Source: Sphingomonadales bacterium
GTDB lineage: Bacteria > Pseudomonadota > Alphaproteobacteria > Sphingomonadales > Sphingomonadaceae
DNA length: 64,000 nt
Reading direction: 5' to 3'
Assembly (NCBI GenBank): GCA_038211965.1
Contig: JBBQVB010000001.1
Span: forward strand, 29,361 to 93,360
Positions 18,643-27,402 of this stretch are shown piece by piece. The translations under genes were made by a program, and so were the position numbers. Within the stretch, counting starts at the first letter, position 1. The number at the start of each line of letters is the position of its first letter. The notes beneath the pieces were generated by a model that was given only the letters and a program-made list of their open reading frames with translations, was not told the DNA's origin and ran no database searches.

Positions 18643-18911
18643 GCCCGCGCGGCGGCCGTGCGCGCTGTCATCGTGCTGGGCCGCTCGTCGAAGTCCTCGC
18701 GAGGTCCCAAGCGTGCGCCCGGTGCCTTGCCCGCGAAGCCGCTGACATCGATCGTGCGGCGTCGGGCGTTGTCGATCGCCTCAACGATCCAGCGGCCCTG
18801 CTCCTCGCGGACTTCGACTGGCGTACCTGCGACCGCGCCGAACGACGCGGGCAGGCGCACCGCCATCGAATTTCCCGACTTGAAAATCCTGGTCGCGCGA
18901 CGGGTCGACAC
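18639..18911 (-). CDS. vapB: AbrB/SpoVT-type antitoxin VapB.
   Basis: [18 protein letters not shown] is the swapped-hairpin AbrB motif. GTG at 18911 has GGAGG 7 nt upstream. Confidence 0.8.
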   Translation of the reverse strand: MSTRRATRIFKSGNSMAVRLPASFGAVAGTPVEVREEQGRWIVEAIDNARRRTIDVSGFAGKAPGARLGPREDFDERPSTMTARTAAARA

Positions 18912-18920
18912 GGCAGCCTC

Positions 18921-18942
18921 CGTATATCCGCAGCGTATATAC
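18921..18942 (-). promoter_or_regulatory. Putative vapBC operator/promoter.
   Basis: This is the only AT-rich patch in the region. Inverted repeat GTATAT (18922-18927) N9 ATATAC (18937-18942), plus a direct repeat CGTATAT x2. It lies immediately upstream of vapB and overlaps the rimM stop. Confidence 0.45.
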
Positions 18943-19481
18943 TAAGCGACGAAATCGGCGTCAATCACCACCGTTGCCCCGACCTCGGGGACCGCGGCGG
19001 GGCTGAACGGGACCATGAAGGTTCGGCCATCGGGCCGCGCGATCTCGATGATGTCGCCCGCGCCGAAATTCTCGACCGCGACAACGGCTCCCAGCGCGGC
19101 TCCCGCCGTATCGACGCAGGGCCGCCCGATCAGGTCGCTGACATAGAATTCACCGTCGTCGAGCGCGGGCAGGTCGGTACGCGCGACGGTCAGCGGCGTG
19201 CCGCGCAGCGCCTCGGCGGCGGTCCGGTCGGCGACTTCGGCGAACTTGGCGACGGCCATGCCGCTCCTCGGCCCCTTGTCGGGGCGGATGCGGACGAGCG
19301 CCAGCGTGCGGCCGCCCGCTTCGAACACCTTGTGGCGTTCGAGGCTGGCGATGGACTCGGCGAACAGCTTGAGGCGGACCTCGCCGCCGATGCCCTGCGC
19401 GCCTGCGACGACGGCGAGGGTGACGCGGTCGCCACCGGACGCTGGGGTGGCGCGACCGTCGGGCCGGTCACCCCCCGCCAT
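18942..19481 (-). CDS. rimM: 16S rRNA processing protein RimM.
   Basis: VTLAVVAGAQGIGGEVRLKLF...PDKG...EFYVSDLIG. The position between rpsP and trmD is typical for RimM. Confidence 0.85.
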   Translation of the reverse strand: MAGGDRPDGRATPASGGDRVTLAVVAGAQGIGGEVRLKLFAESIASLERHKVFEAGGRTLALVRIRPDKGPRSGMAVAKFAEVADRTAAEALRGTPLTVARTDLPALDDGEFYVSDLIGRPCVDTAGAALGAVVAVENFGAGDIIEIARPDGRTFMVPFSPAAVPEVGATVVIDADFVA

Positions 19482-19483
19482 GC

Positions 19484-20095
19484 TCAGACCACCGGACCGG
19501 CGGGCGAAGCGTCGGTTTCGGTCGCCGTTTCGAGGTCGGATGCCGGGGCGGGATCGCCTGCCGGGGCATCGGCCTCGACCGCGGCTTCGGCTTCGGGTGC
19601 AGCGGCATCGACGACCGGCTCGGCCTCGGGCGCAGCCGCCTCGACGGCAACCTCGGGCTCGGGCGCAGGGGCCGCAGCGGCCTCGGCAGCAGCGGCCGCC
19701 GCAGCGGTCGCGGCCTCGGCGGCAGCGACCTTGGCGGCCTCGGCGGCTTCGATTGCTTCGCTTGCCTTGGTTGCCTTCACTTCGGCGCGTTCCTTGGCGT
19801 TGGCGCCGGGTTCGCCCTTCTTGAGGTTCGACTTGGCGGCGCGGGTGCGGATACCCATCGCGTCGAGAAAGCGCGCGACGCGGTCCGACGGCTGCGCGCC
19901 GACACCGAGCCAGTGCGCCGCGCGCTCGGCATCGAGCTTGATGCGCTCGGGCGAATCCTTGGGCAGCAGCGGGTTGTAGGTGCCGAGCTTCTCGAGGAAG
20001 CGCCCGTCGCGCGGCTGGCGCGAGTCGGTGACGACGATGCGGTAAAACGGGCGCTTCTTCATGCCGCCGCGCGCGAGGCGAATTGCCAGTGCCAT
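19484..20095 (-). CDS. rpsP: 30S ribosomal protein S16 with a ~115-aa Ala/Glu/Pro-rich C-terminal tail.
   Basis: [43 protein letters not shown] is canonical S16. The remainder is low complexity ([22 protein letters not shown]). Confidence 0.9.
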   Translation of the reverse strand: MALAIRLARGGMKKRPFYRIVVTDSRQPRDGRFLEKLGTYNPLLPKDSPERIKLDAERAAHWLGVGAQPSDRVARFLDAMGIRTRAAKSNLKKGEPGANAKERAEVKATKASEAIEAAEAAKVAAAEAATAAAAAAAEAAAAPAPEPEVAVEAAAPEAEPVVDAAAPEAEAAVEADAPAGDPAPASDLETATETDASPAGPVV

Positions 20096-20119
20096 TCAGT
20101 CAGTCCTTTTAAAAATTCA

Positions 20120-21589
20120 TTAGCGTTTGAGAAATTTGTCGAAACCCGGCGGCAGGCCGCCCTGGCCACCGCCCAGCATCTTGCCGAAATCGGGCATGCC
20201 ACCGCCACCCATGCCGCCAGCACCGGGCATGCCGCCCATCTTGCCGAGCATCGCCGCCATGCCCTTCATGCCGCCCATCTTCCTGAGCTTCTTCATGGCA
20301 TTGGCCATTTCCATGTGCATCTTGAGGACCTTGTTGACCTCCTGCACATTGGTCCCGGCGCCCTTGGCGATGCGGATACGGCGCTTGGCCGAAATGATCT
20401 CGGGCTTGCTGCGCTCCTTGGGGGTCATCGAACAGATCACCGCCTCCATGCGCCCGAGCACCTTGTCGTCGACCGCCCCGCCCGCCATCGCCGCCTTGGC
20501 CTTGGCGAGCCCGGGAATCATCCCGGCGATCGCGCCGAGGCCACCCATCTTCTTCATCTGGCCGAGCTGCGTGCGCAGGTCCTCCATGTCGAACTGGCCC
20601 TTGGCCATCTTCGCGGCCATCTTCTCGGCGGCTTCCGCCTCGAAGGTTTCCGCCGCGCGCTCGACGAGGCCGACGACGTCGCCCATGCCGAGGATGCGTC
20701 CCGCAACGCGGACCGGATCGAACGCCTCGAGCGCGTCGAGCTTCTCGCCGGTCCCGGCGAACTTGATCGGCTTGCCCGTCACCGAGCGCATACTGAGCGC
20801 CGCACCGCCGCGCGCGTCGCCGTCCATGCGCGTCAGCACGACACCGGTCAGCGCGACCTGCCCGCCGAACGCAGTGGCGACATTGACCGCATCCTGTCCC
20901 GTCAGCGCATCGACCACGAGGAGGATTTCTTGCGGGGCACCCTCGCGCGCGACCGCCTGCATCTCGCCCATCAGCGCGTCGTCGACGTGAAGGCGACCGG
21001 CGGTGTCGAGGAGCAGCACGTCGAAACCCTGCAAGCGCGCTGCCGTCTTCGCGCGCTTCGCGATGTCGACGGGCGATTGCCCCGCGACGATCGGCAGCGT
21101 CGCGACGCCGGTCTGCTCGCCAAGGATTCGCAGCTGCTCCTGCGCGGCGGGGCGCGCGACGTCGAGCGACGCCATCAGCACCTTCTTGCCCGATTTTTCG
21201 GTCAGGCGCTTGCCGAGCTTCGCGCACGTCGTCGTCTTGCCCGACCCCTGCAGCCCGACGAACATCACGACCGCAGGCGGCGTCACGTCGAGGTTGAGAT
21301 CGACGCTCTCGCTGCCGAGCATCTCGACCAGCGCGTCGTTGACCAGCTTGACGACCTGCTGCCCCGGCGTCACCGAGCGCACGACATCGTGACCGATGGC
21401 GCGTTCGGTCAATTGTTCGATGAAGGTCTTGACGACGGGCAGCGCGACATCGGCTTCGAGCAGCGCGATGCGCACCTCGCGCATCGCCGCGCGCACGTCG
21501 AGCTCGGTCAACGCGCCGCGCCCGCGCAGCTTGTCGAAAACGCCGCTCAGGCGATCGGATAGGGTGTCGAACAGAAGAACCGGCTCCAA
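20120..21589 (-). CDS. ffh: Signal recognition particle protein Ffh.
   Basis: FDTLSDRLSGVFDKLRG, GLQGSGKTTTCAKL, DTAGR and a Met-rich M domain. The start is TTG at 21589, or CTG at 21574 (which would give MFDTLSD with GGAG 9 nt upstream). Confidence 0.9.
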   Translation of the reverse strand: MEPVLLFDTLSDRLSGVFDKLRGRGALTELDVRAAMREVRIALLEADVALPVVKTFIEQLTERAIGHDVVRSVTPGQQVVKLVNDALVEMLGSESVDLNLDVTPPAVVMFVGLQGSGKTTTCAKLGKRLTEKSGKKVLMASLDVARPAAQEQLRILGEQTGVATLPIVAGQSPVDIAKRAKTAARLQGFDVLLLDTAGRLHVDDALMGEMQAVAREGAPQEILLVVDALTGQDAVNVATAFGGQVALTGVVLTRMDGDARGGAALSMRSVTGKPIKFAGTGEKLDALEAFDPVRVAGRILGMGDVVGLVERAAETFEAEAAEKMAAKMAKGQFDMEDLRTQLGQMKKMGGLGAIAGMIPGLAKAKAAMAGGAVDDKVLGRMEAVICSMTPKERSKPEIISAKRRIRIAKGAGTNVQEVNKVLKMHMEMANAMKKLRKMGGMKGMAAMLGKMGGMPGAGGMGGGGMPDFGKMLGGGQGGLPPGFDKFLKR

Positions 21590-21729
21590 TAACGCGCAAC
21601 TAATCGAGCGCCGGCGAGCGCACCCGCGCCGACCGACGTGCGCCCTCGGGCGCTTCGCCCCCCACCGGGGAACGGGGGCGCTGTAGGGGATGGGGGGGCG
21701 GGGGTCAAGCTGGGGGATCCCGCGCGAAG

Positions 21730-23724
21730 TCAGCGTTTGATCTCGAAGTTGATCCCCTTTTGCTGCCCCGAGCAGCCGATGCTGCGACCACCACCGAAGA
21801 TCGGCTGATACCGCGAGGCGCGATAGACGTGCTCAGCGCTGTCGTCGAAGACCAGCGGCGGGCTCGCGAGCACGGTGCGAACCCCCGTTGGCTTGCCTTC
21901 GGCGTCAATGTCGAAGGCGACGCGAACGCTGCCCTCGAATCCCCAGCGCAACGCCTCGCGCGGAAAATCATTCTCGCTGAAGCTGTTTCTCGTCGTCACC
22001 GGCGTCACGGCGACCGCCGAGCATTGCTCGGGGGACAGTCCGGTCGCCGCGACAAGGGCGTTGGCGGCGTCGAGGTTCCGGTCTGCGGCCTCGAGCGAGG
22101 CGAGCTGGAGCCGCGCCGCCTGACGCAGGAAATCGCCCTCGGGCAGCACCGCGACGGGCGTCGCGAGGACGCGGGCGTAGGCCTCCCGCATGCGAGCGTT
22201 ATCGCGCGGCACCGCCGCCCAAGCGGCGAGGCGTGACGCCGCCTGCGCCGCGCTAAAGCTCTGTCCCTCGCCCTCGGCGTCGAAGCGCGCGAGCAGCGCC
22301 GCGAGCCGTTGAATGATGAGGTCGGCAGTCCGGGCATAGTTCAGCTTAGCCGGCATATCCGCCTGTAGCTGCTCGATACGCAGGTAGCCGGTCAGGTCGT
22401 GGGGCGCGCGCGCGGTCTCGGCGATGGCCAGCGCGTTCGACAGCGCCTCGCTGCTCTCGCGCACCGATTGGGCGGGATTCGCCGCGATCCGCAGCAGCAC
22501 CGGCAGCAGCTGTGGCGACGCGACGCCGAACGCCGCCTGCCGCCGCGCCAGTTCGGCCCGCAGCGCGGGCAGCGCGGTCGCGGACGCCGCAGGCAGCGGC
22601 GGCAGCGGCTCGGGGGCATGCGTCGCCAGCCATTCGACCGCCTTGGGTCCCAGGGTCTGGCGCGACACGCGGTTGTCGCGCCCGTCGACGCAGCGCAGTT
22701 CGAGACGCACCGCCTGCCGCCAGAACGCGTCTAGCTTGGCGACGCTGGCGGCGCTCCACGACCACTCGCGCACCGCGCGCGCCATCTCGACCGCGGCGCC
22801 CGCGCGCGTCGCGAAGATCGGCGTGACGCCGTTGACGCGCCCTTCCTTGTCGATCGAAAACTCGACGATCGCCATATCGTCCTTCGCCAGCGGTCCGGCG
22901 GGCGCGCACTGCGGCAGCGGCGTCTCGGCACCCAGCACGAAGCCCATCGAGCGCAGCGTGCCCGCGCCGCTGTAGGCGAGATATTTCCGCGCCGCATCGA
23001 GATCACCCGTCTGGAACGCGGCAATCGCCAAATCGCCGCGATTGCGGACATCGGCAATCGACACTTTGCTGTTGTTCAGCGAGCGACCGTTGGTGAGCGC
23101 CTTGTCGAACCACGGCCGCGCGGCGGCGGGCTTGCCATCGTTGAGCTCGATGCGACCGCGCAGCGACAGCAGCTGGGCGTATTGCGCGCGCGCCGCCGGG
23201 GTGCCTGTCGGGGACATTGCCGCGAGCGCGGCATCGGCGGCGGCGCGCGCGGCGGGCGCGTCGCTGAACATCAGGACGCGCGCGAGGCCGATCCGCGCGG
23301 TCAGCCCCAGCGTATTGCCGGGGTCGACCGCGGTCAGCGCAGCGCGGTAGGCGCGCGCGGCGGTGTCGTAGTCGACCGCGAGCTCGGCGGCGAGGCCGAG
23401 GTCGAGCTGCGCCTCGGTCCAGCCCGCAGATTTCTCGGGCAGCGCGGCGAGTGCGGCGGTGAGCAGCGCGATTCCGGTTTCGGGCTCTGCGAGCGCGGTC
23501 GCCGCGCTGCCCATCCGCGCCCGCACCAGCGCCGCCTGCACGCGCATCTTCGGGTTGGCGTCGAGGCGGGGCAGGATGGCGGCAAAGCCGGCGCGCGCTT
23601 CGGCCATGCGACCGGCGTCGAAGGCGGTCTGCGCGGCGGTGTATTGTTCCTGCAGTGTCGCCGCGCCTGCCGTGCCGCTCGCGAGCAACAGGCTCAGCGC
23701 AACCGCGACTGATCGAATCGACAT
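21730..23724 (-). CDS. Secreted TPR-like repeat protein with a TonB-C-like C-terminal domain.
   Basis: Signal peptide MSIRSVAVALSLLLASGTAGAA and Ala-rich helical repeats. The C-terminus FPREALRWGFEGSVRVAFDIDAEGKPTGVR resembles the TonB C-terminal fold. Confidence 0.55.
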   Translation of the reverse strand: MSIRSVAVALSLLLASGTAGAATLQEQYTAAQTAFDAGRMAEARAGFAAILPRLDANPKMRVQAALVRARMGSAATALAEPETGIALLTAALAALPEKSAGWTEAQLDLGLAAELAVDYDTAARAYRAALTAVDPGNTLGLTARIGLARVLMFSDAPAARAAADAALAAMSPTGTPAARAQYAQLLSLRGRIELNDGKPAAARPWFDKALTNGRSLNNSKVSIADVRNRGDLAIAAFQTGDLDAARKYLAYSGAGTLRSMGFVLGAETPLPQCAPAGPLAKDDMAIVEFSIDKEGRVNGVTPIFATRAGAAVEMARAVREWSWSAASVAKLDAFWRQAVRLELRCVDGRDNRVSRQTLGPKAVEWLATHAPEPLPPLPAASATALPALRAELARRQAAFGVASPQLLPVLLRIAANPAQSVRESSEALSNALAIAETARAPHDLTGYLRIEQLQADMPAKLNYARTADLIIQRLAALLARFDAEGEGQSFSAAQAASRLAAWAAVPRDNARMREAYARVLATPVAVLPEGDFLRQAARLQLASLEAADRNLDAANALVAATGLSPEQCSAVAVTPVTTRNSFSENDFPREALRWGFEGSVRVAFDIDAEGKPTGVRTVLASPPLVFDDSAEHVYRASRYQPIFGGGRSIGCSGQQKGINFEIKR

Positions 23725-23790
23725 GGTGGCTCCCCGGGTTTGGCGGGACTTTACAACGCTCTGCGGCGGCGGGAAACCGCCATTCAGGCT

Positions 23791-24696
23791 TCACTGGCCG
23801 CCAACACCATCCCCCAAAGGGTGTTTCGCGTTGACCAGCTCGACCAGCGCCTTGGTCTGGACGTGGGTGTAGATCTGCGTCGTCGCGATGTCGGCGTGAC
23901 CCAACAAGGTTTGCAGCGTGCGCAGGTCGGCGCCGCCTTCGAGGAGGTGGGTGGCAAACGCGTGACGCAGGACGTGCGGGCTGAGGCGCGCGGGCGGGAT
24001 GCCGGCGTCGGCCGCGAGCGCCTTGATCAGCTGGAACAGCCGGACGCGCGACAGATGCCCGGTACCGCTGGGGAACAGGTAGCGCGCGTCCTTGGGCACA
24101 TGCGCGGCATGAGCGGTTACGGCGGCCTCGGCGGCGGCACCGATGGGGACAAGGCGCTGCGTGCCGCCCTTGCCGGTCAGGATAGCGTGACCGCGCCCCG
24201 GCTGAACGGCGTGGCGCGGCAGGCCGACGAGCTCGGTGGCGCGCAGCCCCGCGCCGTAGAGCAGCTCGACGAGCGCGGCGAGGCGCAGCGTGGCGGGCGT
24301 CGGGTCCGCCGCCAGTTTCTCGGCGAGCACCGCGAACAGCCGCGCGACATCGCCCTCTGCAAGGCTCTTGGGCAAGGGGCGCGCAGGGGCTGGGGCATCG
24401 ACGCCGTCGGCGGGGTTGTCGGCGCGGTGCCCCTCGGCGGCGAGGAAGGCGTAGAAACGCCGCAGTGCCGAGCCCTTGCGCGCCACCGTCGCGCGCGCGA
24501 GGTCGCCCCAGCCCGCGAACAGCCGCGCGAGGTCGTTCGGGGACGCGGTCGCCAATCCGCCGCTCAAGGCCTCGCTCGCCAGCCGCAGGTCGCGCCCATA
24601 GGCGAGAATGGTGTTGCGCGCCGCGCCCTGCTCGGCGGCGAGCATGTCGAGGTAAAGTGCGATGGCGCGGGGGTCGGGGAGGGGGGTACTGCTCAC
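23791..24696 (-). CDS. xerD: Site-specific tyrosine recombinase XerD.
   Basis: [39 protein letters not shown] is the catalytic R-H-R-Y region. I chose the GTG start at 24696. It sits divergent from aroK, as in many alphaproteobacteria. Confidence 0.85.
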   Translation of the reverse strand: MSSTPLPDPRAIALYLDMLAAEQGAARNTILAYGRDLRLASEALSGGLATASPNDLARLFAGWGDLARATVARKGSALRRFYAFLAAEGHRADNPADGVDAPAPARPLPKSLAEGDVARLFAVLAEKLAADPTPATLRLAALVELLYGAGLRATELVGLPRHAVQPGRGHAILTGKGGTQRLVPIGAAAEAAVTAHAAHVPKDARYLFPSGTGHLSRVRLFQLIKALAADAGIPPARLSPHVLRHAFATHLLEGGADLRTLQTLLGHADIATTQIYTHVQTKALVELVNAKHPLGDGVGGQ

Positions 24697-24711
24697 CGAA
24701 ACGGTACAGAA

Positions 24712-24727
24712 TGTTCCACGTGGAACA
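24712..24727. promoter_or_regulatory. parS-like centromere site (ParB binding).
   Basis: TGTTCCACGTGGAACA is a perfect 16-bp palindrome. Each half equals the TGTTCCAC half of the classical parS consensus TGTTNCACGTGAAACA. It is intergenic. Confidence 0.55.
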
Positions 24728-24745
24728 CTACAAGGGTTATCTCGG

Positions 24746-26557
24746 TCACCCCCGCGTCGCCGCTTCGGCGACGAGCAGCCGTGCTTCGGCAACACGTCCG
24801 GTGGCCATGTACGCCGCGACGATCGCGCCGAAATGCGCGGGTGGGACGGCGATCCAGTCGCATTGCAGCGCCGTCGCCGCGAGCACTGCGACCTCGCCGC
24901 CGCGTCCCGCCGCCGCCGCCGCGCGGATTGCCGCCGTCCAGCTGTTCGCCGCGGGCGTCAGCGCGAGATCGGTGCGCAGCCCGTCCCAATCGGCGCCGCG
25001 CGCGACGCCGAGGCCGCCGAGGCCCGCGAGCAGCAGCCGCACGCGGTGCTCGCTGCGCTCGACGCGCCGCCATGCGGTGAACTGCGCCGGATCGACCGCG
25101 ACCGCGCCGCTGCTCGCGAGCAGCGCCCAGGTGCGCGCGCGCGCCGCGTCGTCGTTGTCTGCCACCACCGGCCACCAGCGCGCCGCCTCGCGCGTCAGAC
25201 CCGCGCTGAGCAGCGCCGCGACGAGCGTCGGGGCCTCGCTGGCATAGGCGCGGTCGGGCGCGATGCGCGCGGCGGGCAGCGCGGCCTCGATCAGCGCGGC
25301 ATAGCGCAGGCGCGGATCGTCGGAGCCGCGTGCCTGGAGGATATCGCGGATCGCGGCGAGGCGTGCGCTGGCGCGGGTCGCGGTGAAGGCGGTGGTCAGC
25401 GGCGCGGCGGGCGACGCGGCAAGCGCATCGCCGTCGAGGCCGACCGCCGCCGCCCCGATCGTCGAGACCATCTCCTGCGCCGATGCGATGCCGAGCGCGG
25501 CGGCAGGCATCAACGCCGCCAGCCGCGCGGTCGCGCCGATCCCCGGCGCGCGCAGCACCCAGCCGCTCGCCGCGACGCCCAGCCCCGCCAGCCGCGCGTC
25601 GGGCACCCTGACCCCCGCCGCAACCGCGATACCGAAGCGGTACGGCGTCAGGCGCGGGGCCTCGTCCCAGTCGATGTTGGCGGCGCGGCCTGCGCCCCCC
25701 GAGACGGTGGCGACGCGCTCGGCGAGCTGGACGTCGAACGGATCGACGCTATCGCCGTCGCGCAAGCGGTCGAAGACGCCCGCCGAAGTCAGGTCGTCGC
25801 CCGTCATCGCGCCGCACATTGCGGTCGCGAGCTTCCACAGTGGGTCGGCGGACACCGCGACGGCGTTGGGCGCGAGCGGGCACAGGCCGGCCAGGTCGGC
25901 GGCGGCGAGGTGGACCTGCCCGCTGGCGCGGTACAGCGCCGGGGTGAAGCGGTCGACGGGCACCGCGTCGACCAGCGCCACCGCGCCGTCGGCCTCGCCC
26001 ATGCGCAACAACAGCCGCGCGCGCGCCGCGATCCAGTCGGCGGGCGCAAGGCCGCGTGGGGCGGCGCTCTGGCTGAGGAGCGCGCGGCGCAGCACGATAT
26101 GCGCCCAGCGCGACGCCAGCGGGGTGCGGAGGCGCTCGGCGAGACCGGCGACGAAGCGCCCGTCGGAGCCGGCGAAGATGCCGGGTCCATAGCCGCCCAT
26201 CGCGGGGGTCAACGGCCCGGCGATGTCGATCGCCGCGCCGGTCGCGGCGGGCAGGTCGAAGGGGTCGATGGCGGCGCCGGCGTCGGTCGGCGCACCGGGC
26301 GTGCCCGGCGGCGGGGTCGTGCCCGGGGCGGGCGGCGGCGCGACGTACGGCGGCGGCGCGACGGTCACCGGGGCCGCATCGGGGCCGAAGCCTTCGGGCA
26401 GGATCGAGCGCGGCGCGCTCTGTGCGACGGGCGGCGGCGTGGCGGGCGGTGCGGCAGCGGGCTGCGGTTGCTGCCCGGTGACGGGCCACGCCGCCACGAG
26501 GGCGACCGCTGCCGTCAGCAGCGCGGCGGCACCGGCGTCACGATACCGACGGGCCAT
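24746..26557 (-). CDS. Hypothetical exported protein with a Pro-rich N-terminal region.
   Basis: Long ORF with a hydrophobic N-terminus ([17 protein letters not shown]) followed by a P/A-rich stretch. I recognised no motifs. Start at 26557 or 26578. Confidence 0.55.
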   Translation of the reverse strand: MARRYRDAGAAALLTAAVALVAAWPVTGQQPQPAAAPPATPPPVAQSAPRSILPEGFGPDAAPVTVAPPPYVAPPPAPGTTPPPGTPGAPTDAGAAIDPFDLPAATGAAIDIAGPLTPAMGGYGPGIFAGSDGRFVAGLAERLRTPLASRWAHIVLRRALLSQSAAPRGLAPADWIAARARLLLRMGEADGAVALVDAVPVDRFTPALYRASGQVHLAAADLAGLCPLAPNAVAVSADPLWKLATAMCGAMTGDDLTSAGVFDRLRDGDSVDPFDVQLAERVATVSGGAGRAANIDWDEAPRLTPYRFGIAVAAGVRVPDARLAGLGVAASGWVLRAPGIGATARLAALMPAAALGIASAQEMVSTIGAAAVGLDGDALAASPAAPLTTAFTATRASARLAAIRDILQARGSDDPRLRYAALIEAALPAARIAPDRAYASEAPTLVAALLSAGLTREAARWWPVVADNDDAARARTWALLASSGAVAVDPAQFTAWRRVERSEHRVRLLLAGLGGLGVARGADWDGLRTDLALTPAANSWTAAIRAAAAAGRGGEVAVLAATALQCDWIAVPPAHFGAIVAAYMATGRVAEARLLVAEAATRG

Positions 26558-26684
26558 CCGGCAGCACCTTCTCGACATGCGACTGCGGCGGATCGAGGTC
26601 GATGTTGGCGAGCAGGATCATGCCGCCGACGACCAGCAGGATGATGACGATGAAAATCCAGAACCCTGCACTGCGCATCGTCAT
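26538..26684 (-). CDS. Unannotated 48-aa single-pass membrane protein.
   Basis: Hand translation: [48 protein letters not shown]. Its 3' end overlaps the ATG (26557) of the downstream gene. It is below the ORF-track size cut-off. Confidence 0.4.
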   Translation of the reverse strand: MTMRSAGFWIFIVIILLVVGGMILLANIDLDPPQSHVEKVLPDGPSVS

Positions 26685-26757
26685 CCCATCGCCTGAGGCT
26701 CACGTCGCCGCGCCGCGCTGTTGGCGGCCCGTCCGCGCGGTGTATAGCGCGGGTGTC

Positions 26758-27402
26758 ATGAAGTGCGACGATAAAATGGTCCCGGCCGAGACGGTGCCGT
26801 CCCCGCCGCCACGGCGCGCCCGCGGCGGTGACGGACGTGCAGGCGCGCGCGCGGGCGGGCGCACGATCGTCCTCGTTGGCCTGATGGGGGTCGGCAAGTC
26901 GACCGTCGGGCGACGCCTCGCGGCGCGCCTCGGCCTGAAATTCGTCGATGCCGATGCCGAGATCGAGCGGGCCAGCGGCCTTAGTATCGCCGAAATCTTC
27001 GAGCGCTACGGCGAAGCGCATTTCCGCGACGGCGAGCGACGCGTCATCGCGCGGCTGATCGACGGTGCGCCGAAGGTGCTGGCGACCGGCGGTGGGGCGT
27101 TTATCGACGGCGCGACACGCGCGCTGATCCTCGAACGCGCTGTCGCGGTGTGGCTCGACGCCGATCTGCAGACGCTCGTCGACCGCGTGGCGCGACGGGA
27201 CACGCGGCCGCTGCTCAACGGGCGCGACCCGGCGGCGGTGCTCGCCGACCTCGCGGCGGTGCGCAATCCGATCTATGCCGAGGCACCGATCCACATCTCG
27301 TCGAAGCCGTCGCCGCACGAAGTGACGGTCAGCGCGATTCTCACCGCGCTGGCGCGGCACGACGACAACGCTGCGCGGCGCGATTCCGAGGCGGCGGCAT
27401 GA
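26758..27402 (+). CDS. aroK: Shikimate kinase.
   Basis: IVLVGLMGVGKSTVGRRLAARLGLKFVDADAEIE. ATG at 26758, with an alternative at 26776. Confidence 0.9.
   Translation: MKCDDKMVPAETVPSPPPRRARGGDGRAGARAGGRTIVLVGLMGVGKSTVGRRLAARLGLKFVDADAEIERASGLSIAEIFERYGEAHFRDGERRVIARLIDGAPKVLATGGGAFIDGATRALILERAVAVWLDADLQTLVDRVARRDTRPLLNGRDPAAVLADLAAVRNPIYAEAPIHISSKPSPHEVTVSAILTALARHDDNAARRDSEAAA

Noticed and set aside
19484-19840. Repetitive GCC/GCG/GAG-rich DNA as a tandem repeat or CRISPR-like array.
   Set aside because: It is in frame with rpsP and encodes an Ala/Glu/Pro tail. There is no spacer-repeat periodicity.
19913-21562. 549-aa ORF antisense to ffh; also 20109-21599 (-) in another frame.
   Set aside because: Only the 20120-21589 (-) frame gives the SRP54 motifs. 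The others are compositional artefacts.
23791-24696. Tyrosine recombinase as a marker of an integrated mobile element.
   Set aside because: The sequence and neighbourhood (divergent aroK-aroB) fit housekeeping XerD. There are no att-like repeats, tRNA gene, phage genes or transposase genes nearby.
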